The position numbers and the translations under genes were made by a program. The notes under the pieces were generated by a model. That model was not told the DNA's origin. It saw nothing but the letters and a program-made list of their open reading frames with translations, and searched no databases. Below, in pieces: positions 39,831-49,711 of a DNA stretch of 59,007 bases. Source of the stretch: a bacterium (GTDB lineage: Bacteria > Bacillota_I > Bacilli_A > RF39 > UBA660); NCBI GenBank assembly GCA_030531905.1, contig JAUNMG010000006.1, forward strand, positions 1 to 59,007. Direction: 5' to 3'. The number at the start of each line of letters is the position of its first letter. Within the stretch, counting starts at the first letter, position 1.

Positions 39831-41630
39831 ATGCAAAAGTATAAAAATAGAAATGAAGTACCAGAAAAATATAAGTGGGATTTAACAGAACTATATAAAG
39901 ATGAGCAAGAATTTTTGGAATCATATCAACAAGTTGATTATCAAATAGATGAATTAAAAAAATATCAAGGATGCACTAATAACCCTGAAATATTATATGA
40001 ATACTTACAAAAAGAACTAGATACTGATACTAAATTGGAAGATTTATTATGTTATGCATATTTAATGGCTGATCAGGAATTAGATAATCAGGAAGGACCA
40101 AAAAGAAAAAATAAGGTTATCGTTTTAATTTCTAAAATAGAATCAAACACAAGCTTTTTTGCACCAGAATTACTAAAATTAACACATGAAGAATATGAAG
40201 ATTTATACAAAAAAAATGAAAAGTTAAACGAATTTAGGGCTAACTTAGATGATATATATAGAAGAAAAGAGCACACCTTAACAGAGAGTGAAGAAAAAAT
40301 AGCATCAGAATTGATTAATTCAATGAACCATTACAATGATATGTCATCTGAATTATTAAACAGTGAACATGATTATGGAACTGTTACTTTAGATGATGGT
40401 GAAGAAGTTGTAATTGCAAATAATAATTATGGTAATTTATTAAGAAATAAAAACGAAGATATTAGAAAAAAAGTATATTATTCTTTTAATAAAAAATTAC
40501 AACAATATAGTATGAGTTCTGCTAGTTTTTTAAATTGTTATGTAAATATGAATCAAACTAATTCAAAAATTCATCACTATAATAATGCCTGGGAAAGAAG
40601 ATTGTTTAATCTAAGATTAAGTGATGATGTATTTAAAACTTTGGTAAATACAACAGAAAGTAGAATAGATTCTCTTCATAACTATTATAAGCTAAGAAAG
40701 AAGGTTTTAGGTAAAGACAAGTTATATCCTTATGATTTAGCTTTGGATTTATCAGAACAAAAAGATGAATATACAATAGAAGAAGCTCAAGAATTAGTTT
40801 TAAACTCTATAAAGCCATTAGGAAAAGATTATTATAACAAATTTGAAAAAATAATTAAAAATAGAAACATTGATTATTGTCAATATAAAGGAAAGTGTAG
40901 TGGAGCATATTCATATTCTGTAGGTACACATGATTCTAAAATTTTAATGAATTTTAATGGCAACTTATCTTCTGTATCAACAATTGCTCATGAAGGTGGA
41001 CATCATGTTAATTATCAATATATTAATGAATTTAATCCTTTACAATATCGCTCATCATCTAATATAGTTGCAGAAGTTGCTTCTCTTACAAACGAATGTT
41101 TATTATCTAATTATATTTCAAATAATGCTAAAACAAGGGAAGAAAAGTTAGTTGGTCTTGAAAATATTATAGAAGTAATAGTATCCAATTTATTTGGCGC
41201 AGTAAGAGAAGGTAAAATTGAACAAGAAATGTATCAATATGTATTAGAGGGGAATTCTATTACAAATGAATATATGGATAAGTTAAGTATGGAATCACTT
41301 AAACTTTATTATGGTGATGAGGTAGAAATAGATAATTTAGTTACAACAAATTGGATTAGAAGAAGGCATTATTATAGAAATTTTTACTTATATAGTTATG
41401 CGATTTGCATTAGTGTTGCTTGTAATGTAGCATCTAAAATACTAGAAAATGACTCAAAAATGTTAAATGATTATTTAGAATTTTTAAAAGTAGGTTCTAA
41501 TAAAACTCCACAAGAGGCTTTTGATGTTTTGGATGTTAATCTAGAAGATAAAAAAATTTATGAAACAGCAATTGATTATTTTGATAAACTAGTTGAAAGA
41601 TATAATGAAATTTTAGATAAGGAGGTATAA
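39831..41630 (+). CDS. pepF: Oligoendopeptidase F (M3B)
   Basis: [20 protein letters not shown] (HExxH), [16 protein letters not shown]. Confidence 0.92.
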   Translation: MQKYKNRNEVPEKYKWDLTELYKDEQEFLESYQQVDYQIDELKKYQGCTNNPEILYEYLQKELDTDTKLEDLLCYAYLMADQELDNQEGPKRKNKVIVLISKIESNTSFFAPELLKLTHEEYEDLYKKNEKLNEFRANLDDIYRRKEHTLTESEEKIASELINSMNHYNDMSSELLNSEHDYGTVTLDDGEEVVIANNNYGNLLRNKNEDIRKKVYYSFNKKLQQYSMSSASFLNCYVNMNQTNSKIHHYNNAWERRLFNLRLSDDVFKTLVNTTESRIDSLHNYYKLRKKVLGKDKLYPYDLALDLSEQKDEYTIEEAQELVLNSIKPLGKDYYNKFEKIIKNRNIDYCQYKGKCSGAYSYSVGTHDSKILMNFNGNLSSVSTIAHEGGHHVNYQYINEFNPLQYRSSSNIVAEVASLTNECLLSNYISNNAKTREEKLVGLENIIEVIVSNLFGAVREGKIEQEMYQYVLEGNSITNEYMDKLSMESLKLYYGDEVEIDNLVTTNWIRRRHYYRNFYLYSYAICISVACNVASKILENDSKMLNDYLEFLKVGSNKTPQEAFDVLDVNLEDKKIYETAIDYFDKLVERYNEILDKEV

Positions 41631-41632
41631 AA

Positions 41633-42772
41633 ATGGCAGATAAAAGAGACTATTATGAAGTGCTTGGAGTCTCTAAAAGTGCAACTAAAGATGAGATAAA
41701 AAGTGCTTTTCGTAAGAAAGCTAAGCAATATCATCCAGATTTAAATAAAGATAATCCAGATGCAGCTGAAAAGTTTAAGGAAGCTCAAGAAGCTTATGAA
41801 GTTTTATCTGATGAACAAAAACGTAAAATGTATGATCAATATGGTCATGCTGGTGTGTCAGGTTCTGCTGGTGGAGGTTTCTCTGGATTTGGTGGTGCTG
41901 GATTTGACGCTAGTGATTTTGATTTTGGTGATATCTTTGATAATATATTTGGAGGTGGTTTTGGAGGGTTCTCATCTTCCTCATCATCTCGTAGTAGAGC
42001 AACACGTGGTTCGGACTTATTAATGGGTGTAAAACTTACTTTTGAAGAGGCTGTTTATGGTTGCGAAAAAGATATAAATATTGATGTTGTTGAAGATTGT
42101 AGCGATTGTGGTGGAAAAGGCGGTCATGGTGAATCTACTTGTGATAGATGTCATGGTAGTGGTACAATAACTTCTGAACAACGTACTATTTTAGGATCCT
42201 TTATGTCTAAAACTACTTGTCCATCATGTGGTGGAACAGGTAAGACATATGAATCTAAATGTAGTACTTGTCGAGGTAAAGGTAAAGTCAAGAAAAATAA
42301 AACAATCACTGTTAATGTTCCAGCAGGAATTGATACAGGTGATAGACTTCGTGTTTCAGGAAAAGGTAATCCTGGAAGTAATGGTGGACCAAATGGAGAC
42401 TTATATTTAGAATTCCAAGTAAGTGAACATGAGTACTTTAAAAGAGATGGTGATGATATTTATCTAACCGTTCCAATCACAATAACAGAAGCAATATTAG
42501 GTTGTAAAAAAGATATTCCTACTTTATATGGTAATGTAAAATTAACAATACCAGCTGGTAGCGATTCTAATGATAAACAACGTATTAAAGGCAAGGGTAT
42601 TGATAACAAGAGTAGAAGAACTAAAGGAAATATGTATATTATTTTAAATGTTGTTACTCCTAAAAAATTATCACGCGAACAAAAGAAATTAATTGAAGCT
42701 TTAGCTAAAACTGATCTAGATGATACAGTTATAGAAAAATTTGATAAATTTACAAAGAAAAATGACAAGTAA
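41633..42772 (+). CDS. dnaJ: Chaperone DnaJ
   Basis: J domain with HPD, G/F-rich region, four CxxCxGxG repeats. Confidence 0.98.
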   Translation: MADKRDYYEVLGVSKSATKDEIKSAFRKKAKQYHPDLNKDNPDAAEKFKEAQEAYEVLSDEQKRKMYDQYGHAGVSGSAGGGFSGFGGAGFDASDFDFGDIFDNIFGGGFGGFSSSSSSRSRATRGSDLLMGVKLTFEEAVYGCEKDINIDVVEDCSDCGGKGGHGESTCDRCHGSGTITSEQRTILGSFMSKTTCPSCGGTGKTYESKCSTCRGKGKVKKNKTITVNVPAGIDTGDRLRVSGKGNPGSNGGPNGDLYLEFQVSEHEYFKRDGDDIYLTVPITITEAILGCKKDIPTLYGNVKLTIPAGSDSNDKQRIKGKGIDNKSRRTKGNMYIILNVVTPKKLSREQKKLIEALAKTDLDDTVIEKFDKFTKKNDK

Positions 42773-42788
42773 TTTTGTCATTTTTTAA
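42760..42788. terminator. Bidirectional terminator between convergent dnaJ and rnhC
   Basis: AAAAATGACAA-GTAATT-TTGTCATTTTT. Confidence 0.7.
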
Positions 42789-43690
42789 TATATCATCGTA
42801 TGAAGAATTCTTTCAGTATTTTTGAAATTTAATTTAGCAACATCCTTTAGTTTTTCTTCTCCATATTTTTCAACTAATTCTTCACCAATCTTATCAACAT
42901 CTTTAGAAGCTCCTTTTAATAAAGGTAGTGAAACTTCATCACATAATTTATCGAATTCTTTTAGGAAAATATAACGACTTATAATAGAAGAAGCTGCAAC
43001 TGCTAAATTTTTATCTTCTGCTTTAGTCATAAAAGTAATACCTCTTTGAATATCATTAATTCCATTTAAATATTCATAGTATCTTTTTTCTTTAGCAAAT
43101 TCATCAATTATAATATAATCATATTTAGGATTTTCTTCATGAATTAATTTATATAAAGCTTTATTATGCATAATTGATTTAATTTTATTCATATTTACAT
43201 CTTTAGTATATTTTTCATTGTACTCTCTATTGTTTAAAATAATACTTCTGTATTTAATTTTTTTAGCAATTTCAGGAGCGATTTTTTTGATTTTTTCATC
43301 AGTTAATTTTTTAGAATCAGTAACACCAAGTTTTTCTAGAAAGGAAACATCTTCTAGTTTTACATAAGATGCAGTAACAACAATCGGTCCAAAATAGTCA
43401 CCAGTTCCAACTTCATCAGAACCAACAGAAGAGCAGTTATGGTAAATACTTTTTGAATTATCTGTATTTTTTTCTTTTGATTGTTCAGAAACTATTCCCC
43501 ACATTGATGCATCAACATCTGCAGAAGTTCCTTGAAACATAACTTTACCAGATTCATACATAGTAATAACCGTATCTTCGTCTTGTGCTTGAAAAACTAC
43601 ATATGGAATTACTTTATCGCGTTTTTTATCTTTATAATATTCAATCATCTTTTGTTTAACTTCATCATTAACTTTAATTACTACGTTCAT
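42785..43690 (-). CDS. rnhC: Ribonuclease HIII
   Basis: VGSDEVGTGDYFGP, IIIDEF, KAE..NLAVAASSIISR. 43681-43690 CTACGTTCAT reverse-complements to ATGAACGTAG, so the gene is on the - strand (track label is wrong). Confidence 0.95.
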   Translation of the reverse strand: MNVVIKVNDEVKQKMIEYYKDKKRDKVIPYVVFQAQDEDTVITMYESGKVMFQGTSADVDASMWGIVSEQSKEKNTDNSKSIYHNCSSVGSDEVGTGDYFGPIVVTASYVKLEDVSFLEKLGVTDSKKLTDEKIKKIAPEIAKKIKYRSIILNNREYNEKYTKDVNMNKIKSIMHNKALYKLIHEENPKYDYIIIDEFAKEKRYYEYLNGINDIQRGITFMTKAEDKNLAVAASSIISRYIFLKEFDKLCDEVSLPLLKGASKDVDKIGEELVEKYGEEKLKDVAKLNFKNTERILHTMIY

Positions 43691-43762
43691 TTTTTCACCT
43701 CTATATTATTATAGCATATTTTTAAATTTTAAGTTATAATTATAGTAGGAGTGTGATAGAAA

Positions 43763-44467
43763 ATGAATATATTTGATATTGTAATTATTCTTTTGATTTT
43801 ATTGTCAGGAGTTACAGGACTTAAACAAGGATTGTTAAAATCAGGAATTAACTTAATTGGAACAATTCTTATTTATATTATTGCCTTTAAAATGAAAGAT
43901 AGTATAGGATTGTTTTTATGTAAAGTATGTCCATTCTTTAAGTTTAATGGATATATTACACTAAATATTTTAGTTTATCAGTTAATAGCTTTTGTTTTAA
44001 TAGCGTCAATTTTGTTTAGCGTTTTTGCTATTGTTTTAAAACTTACTGGTATTGTTCAAAAATTAGTAGACTTAACAGTAATACTTACAATACCTTCTAA
44101 AATCGGTGGATTTATAATAGGATTATTAGAAGGATATGTAGTGATGTTTATCATAATTTTGATATTATCTGTACCATTAAGAAATGTAGAGTTGTTTTCC
44201 CAATCAAAACTTGTAGATAAAATGATTAATAATACTCCAATTTTATCATCAACCCTAGATGGAGTAGGTGATGTTATATTTGATGTTTTTCATATTACAA
44301 GTGAAGTTAAAGAAGGAGAAAATGAAAATACTAAAGTAAATATTGATATTATGAAAACATATTTAGATTATAAAATTATAAGTAAAGAAGATGCGATAGA
44401 CTTGGTCGATATGGGTAAATTAAATTCAATAAATGGAATGAGAACATTTGTTGATAATTATCAATAA
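43763..44467 (+). CDS. CvpA (colicin V production) family membrane protein
   Basis: DIVIIL..LLSGVTGLKQGL, SKIGGFIIGLLEG, SKLV..M..NTP; divergent from rnhC as in Bacillus. Confidence 0.85.
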   Translation: MNIFDIVIILLILLSGVTGLKQGLLKSGINLIGTILIYIIAFKMKDSIGLFLCKVCPFFKFNGYITLNILVYQLIAFVLIASILFSVFAIVLKLTGIVQKLVDLTVILTIPSKIGGFIIGLLEGYVVMFIIILILSVPLRNVELFSQSKLVDKMINNTPILSSTLDGVGDVIFDVFHITSEVKEGENENTKVNIDIMKTYLDYKIISKEDAIDLVDMGKLNSINGMRTFVDNYQ

Positions 44468-44498
44468 TTTTAACAATGTGTAGTTATATATCGAAAAA

Positions 44499-44527
44499 TT
44501 GCAAAAATAGAAATATTATGATATGCT
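44499..44527 (+). promoter_or_regulatory. Promoter of putative antitoxin RNA, copy 1
   Basis: TTGCAA, 17 nt, TG-A-TATGCT. Confidence 0.5.
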
Positions 44528-44532
44528 GTATG

Positions 44533-44646
44533 TAGCAAGTATTCTTGCATAAAATAAAAAAGGGAACATTCAGTTTTTCCAAGTTGAATGTCTACCCAAA
44601 TGTTTGGATTTGACACTTATCTTTGCGGATGAGTGTTATTTTTATT
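44533..44646 (+). ncRNA. Putative antisense antitoxin RNA, copy 1
   Basis: Starts after the extended -10 and ends in hairpin GACACTTATC-TTTGCG-GATGAGTGTT plus ATTTTTATTT; antisense to the toxin 3' UTR. Ends are approximate. Confidence 0.55.
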
Positions 44647-44657
44647 TATAGGATTTA

Positions 44658-44741
44658 CTACTTCAAGATAATGAAGAGTAGGCTTATAAGTAAAATGATA
44701 ATAATAAGTAAGATAGAAATTAAAAAATCTTTCTTTCCCAT
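44658..44741 (-). CDS. Putative type I toxin peptide (27 aa), copy 1
   Basis: RBS AGGAGGT; MGKKDFLISILLIIIILLISLLFIILK then TAG TAA; single TM helix. Confidence 0.7.
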   Translation of the reverse strand: MGKKDFLISILLIIIILLISLLFIILK

Positions 44742-44806
44742 ATATCAAAGACCTCCTCTCTTTCTAGATTAGAGGTAGACACTCAACAACTAAATGTTCC
44801 AAGAAA

Positions 44807-44836
44807 AATATAACACGTGTTCGATAAAATAAACAA
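44807..44836 (-). promoter_or_regulatory. Promoter of toxin mRNA, copy 1
   Basis: On the - strand TTGTTT, 18 nt, TG-T-TATATT; predicted +1 near 44800, where the fold-back helix begins. Confidence 0.5.
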
Positions 44837-44844
44837 GAAAAAAC

Positions 44845-44873
44845 TAGAAAAAATAGAAAGAGTATGTTATCAT
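44845..44873 (+). promoter_or_regulatory. Promoter of putative antitoxin RNA, copy 2
   Basis: TAGAAA, 17 nt, TG-T-TATCAT, built across the unique spacer. Confidence 0.45.
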
Positions 44874-44878
44874 GTATG

Positions 44879-44992
44879 TAGCAAGTATTCTTGCATAAAA
44901 TAAAAAAGGGAACATTCAGTTTTTCCAAGTTGAATGTCTACCCAAATGTTTGGATTTGACACTTATCTTTGCGGATGAGTGTTATTTTTATT
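44879..44992 (+). ncRNA. Putative antisense antitoxin RNA, copy 2
   Basis: Same sequence as copy 1. Confidence 0.55.
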
Positions 44993-45003
44993 TATAGGAT
45001 TTA

Positions 45004-45087
45004 CTACTTCAAGATAATGAAGAGTAGGCTTATAAGTAAAATGATAATAATAAGTAAGATAGAAATTAAAAAATCTTTCTTTCCCAT
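45004..45087 (-). CDS. Putative type I toxin peptide (27 aa), copy 2
   Basis: Same sequence as 44658-44741. Confidence 0.7.
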   Translation of the reverse strand: MGKKDFLISILLIIIILLISLLFIILK

Positions 45088-45257
45088 ATATCAAAGACCT
45101 CCTCTCTTTCTAGATTAGAGGTAGACACTCAACAACTAAATGTTCCAAGAAAAATATAACACGTGTTCGATAAAATAAACAAGAAAAAACTAGAAAAAAT
45201 CTTGCAATACTATGCTATAATTAGTTTGGTAATAAGAATTGAAAGATTGGTGTTTTT

Positions 45258-45848
45258 ATGAATTGTCCTAAATGTGGAAAGTCTAATTTTAAAGATTATT
45301 GTATAGTTTGTGGATATATGAAAAATGGAAACTATATTGGTAAAACAAAGGGTGAAAATAGTGACTTAGAAATTATGTTAGGGTATGAGTATGATGATAT
45401 AATACATAATACTAATAATTTAAAAGTATTTTTACTTGGAGGACTATACTTTTGTTACAGAAATTGTTTCTTTGTTGGATTTTTTCTTGAACTATTAAAC
45501 ATATTATTTGTTTACTTTAACGCTTATATTGGTAGTTTTATTGATTTAGGATTTTTTAACTTTTCCGATTTCTTTTTTCTTTTATCAATTATTATTGAAA
45601 AAACATTTTGGGTAATGTTTGCTAATCAATTATATATAAAATGTGCAAAAAGAAAATTAAATAGATGGAAGAAGAAATATTCTTTAGATGAATATAAAAT
45701 GAAAATTGCAAATCAAAATATTAAAAAATTTTTACTACCAGTATTTGCAGTGTTACTATATATTTTTATATTATTTATAGTAGTAATTATTTATAGATAT
45801 CAGAGACATAATCTTCTTAAATGTTTGTTTAAAGTATTTGTTTTATGA
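45258..45848 (+). CDS. Membrane protein with an N-terminal zinc ribbon (DUF2628-like body)
   Basis: CPKC..CIVC, then FLLGGLYFCYR, several TM segments and FANQLY. Confidence 0.55.
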   Translation: MNCPKCGKSNFKDYCIVCGYMKNGNYIGKTKGENSDLEIMLGYEYDDIIHNTNNLKVFLLGGLYFCYRNCFFVGFFLELLNILFVYFNAYIGSFIDLGFFNFSDFFFLLSIIIEKTFWVMFANQLYIKCAKRKLNRWKKKYSLDEYKMKIANQNIKKFLLPVFAVLLYIFILFIVVIIYRYQRHNLLKCLFKVFVL

Positions 45849-45896
45849 TATATTAAATATATGTAAGATTAACTTTTGATAAGAGGGTGAAAAGAT

Positions 45897-48800
45897 ATGG
45901 CTTGGACAAAAGAACAAACTGATGCGATAAACTTAGACCATAATAATATTATCGTTTCAGCAGGAGCAGGTAGTGGTAAGACAGCCGTTCTTACCGAAAG
46001 AGTATTGAGAAAAATTAAAAGTGGAGTTCATATTGATGAATTATTAATTATGACATTTACTAATGCTGCTGCTAAAGAAATGAAAGATCGTATTAGAAAA
46101 AAATTAAAAAAAGAAAATATGATATCAGAACTTGATTTAATAGATTCAGCATATATAACAACATTTGATAGCTTTTCTCTAAGTATTGTTAAAAAATATC
46201 ATTATTTACTTGGTCTAGATAGAAATGTTGGAATTAGTGATGATGCTTTAATTAATATCTATAAGAAAAAATTAATGGATGAAATCTTTGATGAGTATTA
46301 TGCAAGTGGAAGTATAGAATTTAAGCGTTTTATTAAAGATTTTTGCTATAAAGATGATGAACAATTAAAAGCATTACTCCTTAAGATTAGTGATAAGTTA
46401 GATATGAAGATAGATAAGAAGAAATATCTTAACACTTACCTTGATACATATTACAATGATGAATTTATTGATAAAGCCGTTTCTTCTTATTTTGATGTAA
46501 TCGAAAAATACAAATCTTACATTGAAGAAGATATAAAAAGCTTATCCTTATATTTAGATTCAAAGTATATGGAAAGGCTCAATCAAGTAATTAGTCCTTT
46601 ACTTAAAGCAAGAGATTATGATGAGGTAGTTAAATCTATTGAATTTAGATTACCTAATATAGATAAAGATGCTGATACTGAGGCTAAAAATATAAAAAAA
46701 GAAATATCAAGTATCATTGCTAACATTAAAAGTTTATGTGTTTACGAAAATACAGAACAAATAAGAGAAGAAATATTATCAACTAAATCTAATATGGGAT
46801 TAATTATTGAAATACTTAATTTATTTGATGATAACTTTTCAAAAATAAAACAGGAAAACAACATGTATTCCTTCAATGATATTAGTAGGTTTGCTATAAA
46901 AATAGTAGAAGAAAACTTGTCTGTTAGAGATGAGTTAACAAATAAATTTAATGAAATAATGGTCGATGAATATCAAGATACTAACGATATCCAAGAATAT
47001 TTTGTTTCTTTAATAAGTAAAAATAATGTTTACATGGTTGGAGATATTAAACAATCTATCTATAGATTTAGGAATGCAAATCCTAATATCTTTAAAAACA
47101 AATATGATTTATATGCAAATACAGATAGTGGTATAAAAATAGATTTACTTAAAAACTTTAGATCGAGAAAAGAAGTTTTAGATAATATTAATTTAGTATT
47201 CAATAACTTAATGTTTGATGATTTAGGAGGAGCTGCTTATAGAAAGTCACATCAAATGGTATTTGGTAATAACACTTATATTGAAGAGGGTAAAACTAAT
47301 CAAAATTATGATTTTGAAATCTTGACTTATAAAAAAGAAGACGCCAAATTTAGTGATACAGAAAAAGAAATCTTTGCGATAGGAAAAGATATTAAAGAAA
47401 AAATAGAAAATAATTATTTGATATTTGATAAAGATACTTTAATACTAAGAAAAGCAGAGTATAGTGACTTTGTAATTTTACTTGATCGAACTAGAGATTT
47501 TGATTTATATAAGAAAGTATTTGAATACTTAGGAATTCCTCTTACCTTGTATAAAGATGAAGAAATTAAAAGCAGTAGTGATATCTTAATTATTAAAAAT
47601 ATTTTAAAATTAGAAGAAGCTATTGATAAAGAATCTTTCGATAATAGTTTTAAATATGCTTATTTATCCCTTGGTAGAAGTTTCTTATTTGAACTTTCTG
47701 ATGAAGAGTTATTTCATACAATAAAAACTGGTAATTATAAAGATACAATTATTTATAAGAAATGTGAAGAATTATATAATTATTATTATGAGGCTTCTCC
47801 TAAAGTATTTTTCTTAAAATTACTTGAAATATTTAATTATGAAGAAAATTTACTTAAACTTACTGATGTCAAAGTAGGAAGAGTAAGATTAGAATATTTT
47901 TACAATTTACTTAATGATTTTGAATCTAATGGGATGACTATATCTGATTTTGTTGATTACTTAGAAAATATTTTTGAAAACGATACAAAAAAAACATTTT
48001 CTCTTAATACCTCAGAATCAAACTCCGTAAAAATTATGACTATTCATAAATCAAAAGGTTTAGAGTATCCTGTTTGTTACTTTGCTGGGTTTACTAAGAA
48101 ATTTAGTTTTAGGGAATTAAATGATTCAATTCTTTTTAGTAACAAATATGGTTTAATTATTCCTTATTTTAATAATTATCAGAAAGATACTATTTATAAA
48201 ACTTTGTTAAAGCTTGATACAAAAGAAGAAGAATTATCAGAAAAAATTAGATTATTGTATGTAGCACTTACTAGAGCAAAAGAAAAAATGATAATAGTTA
48301 TGCCTGAATTTGATAGTGAAAAACTAATAGAAAATCCAAGCAATTATCAAAAGAATATGATGACTTCATTTAAAGATATGATGTATTTTACTTATAATTA
48401 TATTGAAGAATATATTAAAAAAATAGAAGTCGATTGTACTAAAGATTATCTTATTAATAAAAGTAGTTCTGATAATAATAGTTTATTAGTTGAAGATAAT
48501 TTAAAAGTTTTAGAAAAATCTTTTTCTAAAGAAGTCTTAAAAGAAGAACACTTTTCTAAAAATGTTGTTAGTCTAAATAGTCTTGAAGATATTTCCAAGA
48601 TGAAGTTAGGTACAAAAATTCATGAAATATTTGAACTTATTGATTTTAATAATCCAGATTATGATGTTATTTCAAATAAAGAAAAAGAATTAGTAGAAGC
48701 TTTCCTTAATCAAAAAATCATTAAAGATAATTTGAATTCTAAAATGTATAAAGAATACGAATTTATTTATCAGAAAGATAATGAATTTAAGACAGGAATT

Positions 48801-48986
48801 ATTGATTTGATGATTGAAAATATTGATACTATTATAATAATTGATTATAAATTAAAGAATGTTTTAGATGATGCATATACTAAGCAATTAGAAGGTTATA
48901 GAGAAGCTATTAGTAAAAGAACCAATAAAAAAATAGAACTATATTTATATTCTATTTTAGATAAAGAATTAAAACCTATTAACTAG
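45897..48986 (+). CDS. addA: AddA-like ATP-dependent helicase/nuclease (UvrD family)
   Basis: SAGAGSGKT, MTFTNAAAKEM, VDEYQDTN, VGDIKQSIYRFR, MTIHKSKGLE, LYVALTRAK, C-terminal G.ID...IIDYK nuclease. Confidence 0.85.
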   Translation: MAWTKEQTDAINLDHNNIIVSAGAGSGKTAVLTERVLRKIKSGVHIDELLIMTFTNAAAKEMKDRIRKKLKKENMISELDLIDSAYITTFDSFSLSIVKKYHYLLGLDRNVGISDDALINIYKKKLMDEIFDEYYASGSIEFKRFIKDFCYKDDEQLKALLLKISDKLDMKIDKKKYLNTYLDTYYNDEFIDKAVSSYFDVIEKYKSYIEEDIKSLSLYLDSKYMERLNQVISPLLKARDYDEVVKSIEFRLPNIDKDADTEAKNIKKEISSIIANIKSLCVYENTEQIREEILSTKSNMGLIIEILNLFDDNFSKIKQENNMYSFNDISRFAIKIVEENLSVRDELTNKFNEIMVDEYQDTNDIQEYFVSLISKNNVYMVGDIKQSIYRFRNANPNIFKNKYDLYANTDSGIKIDLLKNFRSRKEVLDNINLVFNNLMFDDLGGAAYRKSHQMVFGNNTYIEEGKTNQNYDFEILTYKKEDAKFSDTEKEIFAIGKDIKEKIENNYLIFDKDTLILRKAEYSDFVILLDRTRDFDLYKKVFEYLGIPLTLYKDEEIKSSSDILIIKNILKLEEAIDKESFDNSFKYAYLSLGRSFLFELSDEELFHTIKTGNYKDTIIYKKCEELYNYYYEASPKVFFLKLLEIFNYEENLLKLTDVKVGRVRLEYFYNLLNDFESNGMTISDFVDYLENIFENDTKKTFSLNTSESNSVKIMTIHKSKGLEYPVCYFAGFTKKFSFRELNDSILFSNKYGLIIPYFNNYQKDTIYKTLLKLDTKEEELSEKIRLLYVALTRAKEKMIIVMPEFDSEKLIENPSNYQKNMMTSFKDMMYFTYNYIEEYIKKIEVDCTKDYLINKSSSDNNSLLVEDNLKVLEKSFSKEVLKEEHFSKNVVSLNSLEDISKMKLGTKIHEIFELIDFNNPDYDVISNKEKELVEAFLNQKIIKDNLNSKMYKEYEFIYQKDNEFKTGIIDLMIENIDTIIIIDYKLKNVLDDAYTKQLEGYREAISKRTNKKIELYLYSILDKELKPIN

Positions 48987-48996
48987 GTTTTTTCTT
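48971..48996. terminator. Bidirectional terminator between addA and the M23 gene
   Basis: AAAACCTA-TTAAC-TAGGTTTT with flanking A/T runs. Confidence 0.55.
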
Positions 48997-49587
48997 TTAA
49001 TAAAAATTTAAAGGATTGATAGATGAAGAGTGTTGATAGGGATATCCAGACCAGATAGAGAAGTGAAGATGAACACCAGTTGCAAGACCAGTTTTACCCA
49101 TAGTACCAATAACTTGACCTTTATTAACTCTATCTCCTTCATTTACTTTTTTATCAGATAAATGACAATACAAACTGTAATAACCATTGTCTTGTTTTAA
49201 CACTAAATAATTTCCACCATCCCATTTATAACTAGAAGTAACAATATAACCACTTGATGCAGCATATATTTCATAGTTTCCATCAGTAGGGACAATATCT
49301 ATTGCTGGATGATATGAAGAATAACTTGATGAAATATAGTAATTTGTAGTAGCGGGAAATTTCCAGGTAGTATCTTGAATGTAGGTAGCATCATTTGATA
49401 ATGGATCTATAGTATCACTATATACAGTATCAACTTCATTCATACTTAAATTAAGTCCCGTTAAATTTCCATCAAATATACTATAAAGTCCATTACCAAA
49501 CTCTAGAATTATTCCTGTTGAAAAAAGAATAATCCCTAAAATAAAGTTAATTTTCATCATTTTTTTCTTCTTCAATTTTCTCACCAC
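48997..49587 (-). CDS. M23-family metalloendopeptidase, membrane anchored
   Basis: N-terminal TM; HPAID, YCHL, ATGVHLHF. Confidence 0.9.
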   Translation of the reverse strand: MVRKLKKKKMMKINFILGIILFSTGIILEFGNGLYSIFDGNLTGLNLSMNEVDTVYSDTIDPLSNDATYIQDTTWKFPATTNYYISSSYSSYHPAIDIVPTDGNYEIYAASSGYIVTSSYKWDGGNYLVLKQDNGYYSLYCHLSDKKVNEGDRVNKGQVIGTMGKTGLATGVHLHFSIWSGYPYQHSSSINPLNFY

Positions 49588-49711
49588 CTATACCTGAGGT
49601 TTTGCCTGCTATTATAACAAAAATCTATTAGAGTGTAAATAAAAACTAGACGGTATTTATTTTTAGTGCTACTATAGAGTGTAAGAAAAATTACTTAGGA
49701 GGAATTTTATA

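Larger units (their letters stand above)
44527..44854 (+). repeat. Direct repeat copy 1 (328 bp; period 346 bp)
   Basis: No differences seen by eye against 44873-45200; 18-bp unique spacer 44855-44872. Confidence 0.95.
44873..45200 (+). repeat. Direct repeat copy 2 (328 bp)
   Basis: Matches 44527-44854. Confidence 0.95.

Noticed and set aside
42785-43690. ORF track strand label '+' for the RNase HIII ORF
   Set aside because: The translated protein matches the reverse complement (start CAT at 43688-43690, stop TTA at 42785-42787), so it is annotated on the - strand
44527-45200. Repeat considered as a CRISPR array, IS/MITE or 6S RNA
   Set aside because: Only two 328-bp units, no 23-47-bp repeat/spacer periodicity, no cas or transposase, no terminal inverted repeats with target duplication; the embedded peptide ORF and antisense layout explain the long helix better than 6S RNA
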